A DNA stretch of 64,000 nt from positions 372,001 through 436,000 of the forward strand of contig CP060758.1 in the NCBI GenBank assembly GCA_023205875.1, read 5' to 3'. Position 1 is the stretch's first letter. Each line of letters starts with the position of its first letter. This DNA is from Chloropicon primus. Lineage: Eukaryota. The notes beneath the pieces are model-generated. The model was not told where the DNA came from. It ran no database searches and worked only from the letters and a program-made list of their open reading frames with translations. The translations under genes were made by a program, and so were the position numbers. This document shows, in pieces, positions 55,782-64,000 of the stretch.

Positions 55782-58559
55782 TTAAATCTGTATTTCTCTG
55801 ACGAGAGGCTTGCGGATGTGCCGCATTGTGGCCCCAGGCTCGGTCGGCTTGAAGGGCGCGCTCGTTCCGTATGGCTTGGGTATTCCCAGGTCTTCAGGAA
55901 TGTACGCGTTGGGCCGAGGAATGGCCGTGGTCAGAGTCTTGTTAGCATCCAAGGCCATCGCATCGAGCTCCTTGTTCCTCTGGGACATCTCCTCGACGGT
56001 GATCCTCTCGTTCTCCATCCTGTACCACTCCTTCTCCGCGTCTTCTGTTGGAGCGATGCCGTTCTCAAGGTTGACTCCAGCCGTGTGAACGACCTCCTTG
56101 AGCTCCATGTTGTCCTCCTTGAGGGACATGGCCTGGGCCTGGAACATCGAGAGCTCGCTCACGGTCGCCATCATCTTCCTTGTGATCTGCCTGATCCTGC
56201 TCTGGAAGTCGTTCACTCTCTTGGCCAGCTCCAAGGTCTCGCTCCGCCCTCCCGTGGCCTGGGCCTTCAACCTCTGCGAGAGGGAAGAGATTTCCTCCAG
56301 AATCAGCGTCTTCTCCAGCAACTGCTCCCTCTTGTCGTTCAGGCGGTCTTCCAGCTGCTTCAGCTTGGCGTTCAGCTCCTCCTTGTCAGGAATCTTTCCC
56401 TCCAATTTCCTCCACCTCTTGTTGTTGTTGGGGTCTTCCAAGTCCTTCTCGAGCTTGACGGCCTGCTCCTTGGCCTCCAGAAGCTGCTGCTTGTGCAAAA
56501 CAATTTGCCTATCGTACAAGGAGATCTCTGGAGCAAGCTTCCTGTTCACGTCTATGCTCCTCCTGAGCTCCTTCACCTCGATGTTGAGGGACCTGATCTC
56601 GTTGCCCTTTTGGGTGAGCACGACCTCTCCCTGGCGAATGACCTCCTCCTGAATGTTGGACTTCTCGTACAAGATGCACAGCTCGTCGTTTCTATCTATC
56701 AGCAAGATTCCAGTGTGGTTTCTAGCTTCTACTGCCACCTCGTACATCCTCTTCAAGCGCAGCATGTCACGCTCGGTGCAACTGATGATGGAGTTCAGCT
56801 TATCTATCTCGGATATCTGCTCCTCGATGACCTCCTGCTTCTGCTTGAAGACGAAGGCGCACTTGTTCAACTCGGTTCGCACGTGCTCCCTGTCGGCTTG
56901 GGACGTGGATCGGTCCAGCCTTGCCTTCGCCAGGAGCTTCTCCTTGTTCATGGTCTCCGTTCTAAGAATTTCGAGCTCGTTGGAGAGGATCTTCAGCTTC
57001 TCCTTCATCTCAGCAATGCTTTGACTGCTGGCCTGAATCAAGTTCACAAATTTGTTCCTCTGGCTCTTCACCAGCTCGTAGAGCTGCTGGAACTCGTGAA
57101 GCCTTCTGAAGGTGTCCTTCTTCTTCTTCTTCAGGTCCGCTCTGATCATATCCTTCAGCTGAGCCACCTCGACTGCCTCCTTGAATTTGTTCAACTTCGA
57201 AACGACCTGGTGCTGAACCCTCTCCTTCAAGTTCTTCAGCTCCATGATGTTCCTTTCCCTCTGAAGCTCCTCCTTCTTGAGAAGTACCAGTTCCTTCTCG
57301 GACTCCACCACTTCGGCGTAAGACTGCTGGAACAGAAGCGTCTTTTCCTTTCCCCTGCTCTCTTCCTGCATGTAGTAGTCCATGCTAGCCTCGATCTCCT
57401 TCTTGATGCTTACTATGGAGACGTGCTGCTTCTTGATCTGAGACTCGTACAAGACAATGGAGTGCTTGATCTGCTCGAGCTGGTTCTCCAGACCAGGAAT
57501 GTTTGCCTTGACGTGCTTGCACTGGGCCTCGACCTTCTTGAACTTCCTTAGGGTCTTGTCCTTCTCCTTCTGCCTCCTGTTCAGGTTGTCAACGGCATTC
57601 TGAGACTCCTCCTTGCACCCTTTCAGCTCAAAGTCAAGCTTCACCTTGTCCGCCAAGAGCTGCTCGGACTCGATCTCGAGGGTGTCCAACTCCTTTCTCA
57701 ACAAGTCGACGATCCTTTCCTTCTGCTGCTGGACGATCTGGCTCTTCTCGAGCTGGGAGTTCATCTTGAAGTGGTCGTCGTTCAAGAACTTGAGCTTCTG
57801 GTTGTTTGCCTCCGAGTTTTTCTCGATGCCGTTGAGCTTGTCCTCCAAACCCGACTCCTGAGTCCTCAGCTTATCGAGGGCCTTGTTGAGAAGCTCCGTT
57901 TGCTTTCGAATTTTGTCCGGAAGGGACTCGATTCGTGACAGGGCGACTTCCTGGGTAGCTCTCTCGTCCTCGATCTTCTTAATGCCATCGTCAAGGACCT
58001 TGATTTTCGAAACGTACTCCTGGAGGCTCTCTTTGGCGGTCTCCCCCTTGACGAGCTCCTGGTCTCTCTCGTCCTCGATGTCAGCGATCTGCAGCCGCAG
58101 CTCTTTGACCTGAGGCTCGATCTCCTTTGCCTTCTCGATGTCGAGCGCTTCCACGTTCAACTTCATTCTATCCCTCTGTCTCTGGAGCTCGTTCATTTCC
58201 AACAGCAAAACTTGTTCCCTCTCAAGCCCGAGCGCGACCTCCGCTTTCGCTTGCTGCAGATCTTCCCTCAGACTGCTTAGAGTTGTGCTCTCTCCCTCCT
58301 CCCGTATTCCTCTCCCGCTCTCCATCTTGAGCTTCTCCTCCGCGAGCTGCTTCTCCAGCTCACCCAGTTGGGTCTCCAAACTCTCGTCACTCTCCTTGGC
58401 TCGCTTGAGCTCCTGGAACATCTGTGAGAAGACTCTCTTGAACCGCTCCACCTTCTCCTCCGAAACCTCTCCATCTTCCGAAGCTTTTTCCAGCAGACCG
58501 AACGCCTCCGAAGTGGAGAACGTCTCCAGGTCAAACGCAACCTCCTCTCCCTCCTCCAT
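55782..58559 (-). CDS. CCDC146: CCDC146 / MBO2 flagellar coiled-coil protein
   Basis: 925-aa coiled coil with GILLIDRNDELCILYEK and C-terminal RPNAYIP...PKPYG..APFKP...MRHIRKP. Confidence 0.88.
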   Translation of the reverse strand: MEEGEEVAFDLETFSTSEAFGLLEKASEDGEVSEEKVERFKRVFSQMFQELKRAKESDESLETQLGELEKQLAEEKLKMESGRGIREEGESTTLSSLREDLQQAKAEVALGLEREQVLLLEMNELQRQRDRMKLNVEALDIEKAKEIEPQVKELRLQIADIEDERDQELVKGETAKESLQEYVSKIKVLDDGIKKIEDERATQEVALSRIESLPDKIRKQTELLNKALDKLRTQESGLEDKLNGIEKNSEANNQKLKFLNDDHFKMNSQLEKSQIVQQQKERIVDLLRKELDTLEIESEQLLADKVKLDFELKGCKEESQNAVDNLNRRQKEKDKTLRKFKKVEAQCKHVKANIPGLENQLEQIKHSIVLYESQIKKQHVSIVSIKKEIEASMDYYMQEESRGKEKTLLFQQSYAEVVESEKELVLLKKEELQRERNIMELKNLKERVQHQVVSKLNKFKEAVEVAQLKDMIRADLKKKKKDTFRRLHEFQQLYELVKSQRNKFVNLIQASSQSIAEMKEKLKILSNELEILRTETMNKEKLLAKARLDRSTSQADREHVRTELNKCAFVFKQKQEVIEEQISEIDKLNSIISCTERDMLRLKRMYEVAVEARNHTGILLIDRNDELCILYEKSNIQEEVIRQGEVVLTQKGNEIRSLNIEVKELRRSIDVNRKLAPEISLYDRQIVLHKQQLLEAKEQAVKLEKDLEDPNNNKRWRKLEGKIPDKEELNAKLKQLEDRLNDKREQLLEKTLILEEISSLSQRLKAQATGGRSETLELAKRVNDFQSRIRQITRKMMATVSELSMFQAQAMSLKEDNMELKEVVHTAGVNLENGIAPTEDAEKEWYRMENERITVEEMSQRNKELDAMALDANKTLTTAIPRPNAYIPEDLGIPKPYGTSAPFKPTEPGATMRHIRKPLVREIQI

Positions 58560-59115
58560 ACTTGGACTTCTCGGACCACCTCAAGTACAAGCAGAACAAG
58601 CGGAAGAACAAGCGGAAGAAGAAGAAGAAGAATTCAAACCCTCAACCCCGACCCAGCAGCATAAAAAAAAATGATAAAAAGTATTCCCAAGGAGGCCTGT
58701 CGTGTGTCTTGGCCGGGGCCTCGCCCTCGTGCGCGGAGCCTCTCTCTCTCTCTCTCTCTCTCTCTCCTCCCTCTCCTCCCTCTGCTCTCTGCTGTGTCCA
58801 ACGTCTTTACGGTCAAATAGGAAGTTTACCTTGGGAAAGGATTAAGGAAATACGAGAGAGCGAAAGAGGAGAGGAGGAGAAGGCCGATGATGGTGATGGA
58901 GGGAGCGATGAAGGAGGGAGGAGAGGGGGGATGGAGGAAGGAAGGAAGGATGGTCGGGGAGGAGAGGCGGGAGAGGGAGGAGAGGGATCAAACTAATCTA
59001 CATCTACTTTATCAACATTATTATATTATCTTTTTTTTTTCAGTCTCCAACGAGGGGGGGAGGAGGGGAGAGAAAGAAGAAGGGGGAGATTGATGAGGGG
59101 AAAAAATGCGTGAGT

Positions 59116-59383
59116 TCAAAGTTTGCTCTCTTGTATCAACTTCTCCGCTTCCTTGGTCACCTTCTCCAGCCCGCAGCAAGCCTTGATTTGATCCGACAGC
59201 TGTTTCATGGTCTTCCTCACCCGCGGCGAGGTCAGCGCCTCCGCGATCGCCGCCCTCGCCTCGGCGGGATCAAAGGTGTCCTTCATGAGGCAAGCCGTCG
59301 CAGCCCCGATCTCCACCAGCTTCTTTCCATTGAAACGCTGCATGCAAGTCGAAGAAAAAGTGTCAGCCACGAGGAGGCACACA

Positions 59384-59431
<48 letters not shown>

Positions 59432-60712
59432 AGAGGGAGACTCACCTGATCGTGGAAAAAAGGTAGTGCGATCATGGGGACCTGGTGAAAGATGGCCTCG
59501 TTCAAGCTCGTAGCGCCGCAGTGGCTCACGAAGGCCTTGGTGTTCGGGTGAGCCAGAACTGCCGCCTGTGGGACCCAACTCTCGCACCTTAGCTCCCCCT
59601 CCTCGCCGGGCTGGGGCCCCATGCCCGGTGGCATCCAACCCGAGTAGAGAGTCCTGTGCCTGGTTGCGTCCGCCGCCTCCCTCATGAGCTGACGAACGAT
59701 CACGCGGTTGTTGTGGCGGTGGACAAGAGAGCGGAAGGATCGTCAGGCCACCGATGATCGATCGACGCGAGAGCCACGAGATTCTTGACTTACCTTGGTC
59801 CAGATTGTCTCGATCAGAGGATAGCCCTTTAGCATGCTGCCGAGGGAGATATACACAATGGGCTTGTCCGATGCGTCCATCCACTCTCTGAGCGCGCTGC
59901 TGGCGAAGGACTCCTGCTGATCTCGAGGGACGCCGGTCTCAGTCGGGCAGAGGACCGGCCCGGTGACGATGCCGGTGGGCACGGCGTCCGCCTCGGGAAG
60001 GATGGCCGGTAACAAAGTGTAGCACTTGGAGTGCCGCACTTTGTCCTTGTCCTTTCTGACCTCCTTGTACTCCGGCTCGACGCCCAGGTTGTCTGGGGGG
60101 AAGGGAGTCTCATCAGCCGGGCGCCAAAGGTAGAGGGGAGTGCAACAGAGGGCCAGGCTGGGCACGCCGAACTCCTTTTACGGCAGAGAGAGAACGAGAG
60201 AGAATGAGAAGAGTCAGCGAAAAAAAAAATAGAGGGGCGAAGCGAGTCAGCCCGACCTTACAGTGATCGCCAACCCACTTGTAAAAGTGCACGGCGTCGA
60301 AGATGCAGAGGGCGACGTCCGGCCGAAGAACCCTCTCCTTGAGCTCGATCAAGTTCTCCCTTGTACCCTGGATTCCCGCTGCTCCTTGGGGATCCGCAGC
60401 AAACTCCTCCCCGATGGCTTCCTCAATATTGGCCCCGACGTAGGCGTTGGCCTCGTCGCAGGCCTTGTGCGGGTCAGGGTCCGAGCCGTGCGCGGACATT
60501 GCGCAGAAGAGCCTGGTCATTCTATCGAACCGCGTGTCATCTAATGCAGTGAGGTTGTGGAAGGAGACGAAAGGGGGAGAGTAAACACGCGCCGCGTGGG
60601 GGGCAAAAACCTCTACCGCGTAGGCATCGCTAAGGCGCTCCGCGAAGAGCATGGCGTAGTTAAAGTGCCCGCGGTCGCTCGGCAGCACAAAGCAGACCAC
60701 CTCGCCAGCCAT
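59116..60712 (-). CDS. UDP-glycosyltransferase (GT1 family)
   Basis: Exons 60712-60257, 60174-59794, 59688-59446 and 59337-59116 (all phase 0). N-terminal RGHFN, VYISLGS and PSPG-box WVPQAAVLAHP...SHCG...PFFHDQ. Confidence 0.88.
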
Positions 60713-60869
60713 CCTGCCAGATGAAACTGCCGCGCGTCAGTTGAGAGGTGATCGACAATCCGCAGCTGAGAAGAGGAGGGGGGAGCGGCCTCAAGGAGGA
60801 GGAGGAGGAGGAGGTACAGCAGGATGAATCACCAGGGGTTTAGGAGAGGGTTGGTTGTTTGGGAATGGA

Positions 60870-63110
60870 TTAATTGTTAATGTACAGGATGACGTCGTCC
60901 AGGGTGGTGTCCAGCCTCGAGAGAAGGGCCTCGATGTCTTGGGAATACGTTTTCTTCAAGGCCTTGCCGGAAAACTTGTGCCAGTCAAAATAAAACGTCT
61001 TGACGAGTCCCACGAGCTGATCCAAGTCCTTCTTCTTGCTCTCCAGGGTCCCCTTGTTCCTCTCGTTCTGGTTTTCGCTGACGGAGCGAATCATCTTCTT
61101 CTGGGCGTCCGTGAAGCAATCCAAGTTGCCCTCCTGAGCGCTAACCTCTTTCAGGGCATCCACCAGGCTGGACTGCTGGTACATGCTGGTCAGCCCGCGG
61201 AGCCTTGGAAAGATGAGCTGGCAGAACTGAGGCACGCTGTCCTCGTTGGCATGGAAGGAGATGTTCAGCCTCTGCTTCTGCAAGGTTGCCCTTTGCGTGA
61301 TGACGTCCCTCACTATGGCAAGCGTCGAGATCGAGTCGCTGCTGAAATGGCCTTCCCCTTCCTGGTAGTTGATCAACAAGAAGGTGTCCAAGAACGTGCT
61401 GACGAAGTAGAGGGTCTCTTGCCGCGTGTGCGGCGCTCTCGTCGGTATGTCCATCAGGCAGAAACAAATCCAATTGTGCATCTCCTGCATCGAAAAGTGC
61501 CCCGTTATGCTCAGCTTGTTCAGGGGTCGAACGAGGTAGTCTTCGGCCTCTTCCCTCCCGATCGCCTGATGAAGGCAAAGGGGCTTGATGTTGATCGTGT
61601 GGGACTGCGAATAGTGGAAGCTCTCCTCGGGGAGGATGAAGAGCTGCACCTGGCCGCTCTTCCCCTCGCTTGCCTTGAACCTGAAGTCCGCTCTCTTCGA
61701 AGGCCTGTCCAGGATGTGCACGGCCAAGGTCGAGTACCTCTCCGAAGGTGACTTCGTGTTGCTTATCCGGCGTTGGACGTCCGAGTCGTTGTCGTGGATG
61801 AATTCGAGAGGCAGGTCGCTCTTGAGCGCAATCTTCATCACCGGGATGGCAATCTCCACCCTCACCACGTGCGACACCTCGTCGTGGTGGTTGAGAATAT
61901 GCCTCACATTCATCTTGATCGCGTTCGAGCTCTGCACTGCGCTGGTCTGGTTCCTATGAACTTTCTCCTTGAGGTTCTCGAGCTTTGACCTCAGCTGCTC
62001 GATCTCCTTGCGAGTCCTTTCCGCCCTCATGGCGTCCTCTTCGATGTTCAGGATCTCCTCGTCCACGCCCCCCTGGGCTCTGCCTTTCGCCTTGGAAGGC
62101 TTCTGAGAGAGGCACAGGAAGTTGCCGGAGAACGTATGTATCGCCACGTCCTGCGACTCTTCGTTTGTCACGTAACCCATGTGAATCGACGAGACGGAGT
62201 CCGCGACGTTCCCGGAGTAGATCTTCTCGGGCTGCGCGACCGCGTCCCCGGTGCTGAAAATCTCCACGGTCCCGTCGTCCTTGCCCACTATGATGTCTGG
62301 GATGCCATCCCCCGTGAAATCGTACTTGGCGCAGACACAGTTCACGCCACCCACGGAGTTCTCCACTGGCATGTTCCAGCCCCTCCGGATCGCATCCGAG
62401 TCGAGGAAGAGCTGCCCCAAGCCTCCCCTCTCCGTCCCGTAGATAATTTCTCTCCTCCCGATGCAAAGCTCTAAGGTGCTGTAGCCCGCCCCGCCGCTGA
62501 TGACCGACTCCACTTCAGCGATGGTGGTTGGAATGGTGTCCAGGGAGGCCTCGTAGTACACCTCGCCGTCCTTGAGAACCTTGAGGGACCTGTCTTGGCA
62601 CACGAGCACCGGGCAAACCTCTGCCATGCCAGAAAAAGATATCCGCGCCGTGATCATCTCATTTATCCTGTCCCTCGACACGTACTGCTGGACGTCGTTG
62701 CTGTTCTCGATCTTGTTGCAAACGTAGTCCCCCGCGGTGAAGAAGGTCAAGCCGTTCACGGTGAGGGCCTTGATCTCCTCGGTCAGGTTGGAGCTGTACT
62801 GGAAGAACTGCTTTCCCTTCTTGTTCACTCCGACCACAGTTTGGTCGTAGCAATAGAATATCTTGTCCTGCTGGCCGGATCCCTTCCCGAGCTCGACCCT
62901 GGTGATCGCCCGGTGCAGGGGAAGGCTCTTGAACACCCCGACCGTCTCCTTTTTCTTGACCGAGAACACTTGGATCACGCCGTCCGTGTCCCCTAACACG
63001 ACTTTCTGCCTCGTCCTCTTCCCCAGGGGCAGAAGCTTCATGGACCCCTTGTACGCCGGGGCGCTTTGTATGATGTCATTCCTGTAAAGCGTGATGTTCG
63101 TTCCCTCCAT
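60870..63110 (-). CDS. BBS7: Bardet-Biedl syndrome 7 protein (BBSome)
   Basis: MKLLP...QKVVLGDTDG, KKGKQFF, DFTGDG..DIIVGKDDG.VE, IKPLCLH, GHFS..EMHNW and FSSDSISTLAI. Confidence 0.9.
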   Translation of the reverse strand: MEGTNITLYRNDIIQSAPAYKGSMKLLPLGKRTRQKVVLGDTDGVIQVFSVKKKETVGVFKSLPLHRAITRVELGKGSGQQDKIFYCYDQTVVGVNKKGKQFFQYSSNLTEEIKALTVNGLTFFTAGDYVCNKIENSNDVQQYVSRDRINEMITARISFSGMAEVCPVLVCQDRSLKVLKDGEVYYEASLDTIPTTIAEVESVISGGAGYSTLELCIGRREIIYGTERGGLGQLFLDSDAIRRGWNMPVENSVGGVNCVCAKYDFTGDGIPDIIVGKDDGTVEIFSTGDAVAQPEKIYSGNVADSVSSIHMGYVTNEESQDVAIHTFSGNFLCLSQKPSKAKGRAQGGVDEEILNIEEDAMRAERTRKEIEQLRSKLENLKEKVHRNQTSAVQSSNAIKMNVRHILNHHDEVSHVVRVEIAIPVMKIALKSDLPLEFIHDNDSDVQRRISNTKSPSERYSTLAVHILDRPSKRADFRFKASEGKSGQVQLFILPEESFHYSQSHTINIKPLCLHQAIGREEAEDYLVRPLNKLSITGHFSMQEMHNWICFCLMDIPTRAPHTRQETLYFVSTFLDTFLLINYQEGEGHFSSDSISTLAIVRDVITQRATLQKQRLNISFHANEDSVPQFCQLIFPRLRGLTSMYQQSSLVDALKEVSAQEGNLDCFTDAQKKMIRSVSENQNERNKGTLESKKKDLDQLVGLVKTFYFDWHKFSGKALKKTYSQDIEALLSRLDTTLDDVILYINN

Positions 63111-63409
63111 GATGATGATGATGCCTGTCCTGTCCTTTTCCAGCAACCACCTGCTGCCGACTGCGACACTGACAGTGTCTCACACTCACTCACTCACTCA
63201 CTCACACACACACACACACACAGAGCGAGCGAGCGAGCGAGAGAGTCAGAGTGAGTGAATGAGAGTGAGAGTGAGCAAGGCGGAGACTCTTGGTGTCGTG
63301 TCCAAAATACTCTCGCTGTCGCTACCTCAACCGCGCTTGGGCGATCTCCATGAAGGCAATCCCAAATCGCCCTCCTTTCCTCCTTTCCTCTCCAAAGCAA
63401 AAGGGTTCG

Positions 63410-63670
63410 CTCGTTCCCTCCATGACATTACTTTTCCAAGAGCATGACTACTCGTTCCCTCCATGCCATTCCTTTTCCAAGAGCATGAGTACCCAAAAAT
63501 CGTACAATGCCAAGACACCACCTTTCCTTCCTTCCAAGTGCTTTTTCCATTGTACGCAGGAGAGGGTTCACTCGTTCCCTCCATGACATTACATTTCCAA
63601 GAGCATGACTACTCGTTCCCTCCATGACATTCCTTTTCCAAGAGCATGGGTACCCAAAAATCGTACAATT
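63410..63670. repeat. Nested tandem repeat (41-bp subunits within a 161-bp period)
   Basis: ctcgttccctccatg...ttttccaagagcatg occurs at 63410, 63451, 63571 and 63612. Confidence 0.88.
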
Positions 63671-64000
63671 CCAAGATTTGCTAGTGCTTGTGTTGGCTCT
63701 GGTGGTATTTCCATGTTAGGCCTCCATGGGTGGTCTCTGGACCGTTAGGGGACGTTCAAACCCGACGCAGAGGAGTGAAAGAGAGAAGAGAGGAAAGCTA
63801 AAGGTGGCATTACCTTTGGAGAAAGTGTAGCCATGGGAGGGTAGGGGGGGGAGGCCAGAGGGAAAGCAGAGGGTGCAACCTGTGTGTCCTGGATTTTGCT
63901 TTCGTTCTTTCGTGTGTGTGTGTGTTGGTTTCGTGGGTTTGTCTCTTGTGTTGTTGTGGCAAGTATGTCGGGACGGCCTTCCACGAGTGGCAAGAAGGCT

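Noticed and set aside
55695..57551. 618-aa plus-strand Leu-rich ORF
   Set aside because: Antisense shadow of the Glu/Lys-rich CCDC146 coiled coil.

Overview
This is a gene-dense eukaryotic nuclear window, not a prokaryotic one. It has short GT-AG introns with CTRAC branch points, intergenic gaps as short as 8 nt, and (CT)n/(CA)n microsatellites. Plastid genes (FNR, PSA3-like, DUF1350, HPP) together with AP2 transcription factors point to a compact-genome green alga, possibly a Chloropicon-like picoalga (inference only). About 31 protein-coding genes can be modelled. Most are housekeeping: UMPS, H3, mitochondrial KAS, PHT4, RanBPM, FNR, SMG7, RUVBL2, DnaJ, UBAC1-like, HVA22, IBA57, GCN5 and a UGT. 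The most notable features are: (1) a 1030-aa receptor joining an mGluR-like Venus-flytrap domain with conserved amino-acid-binding residues to a Cys-rich stalk and a non-class-C multipass membrane domain; (2) a 12-TM double-domain cyclase whose residues predict a guanylyl cyclase with inverted C1/C2 roles; (3) a recent ~2-kb tandem amplification of a secreted Asn/Glu-repeat protein, bounded by broken 5' copies of the mL59 gene; (4) a paralog pair of membrane-anchored, SP/TP-K/R-rich basic proteins; (5) a PH + 5xLIM protein; (6) three cilia-associated genes within 13 kb; (7) a fibrillin-like pseudogene; and (8) several intergenic duplications with 160-180 bp spacing. All family assignments come from motif recognition by eye, and no database searches were run.
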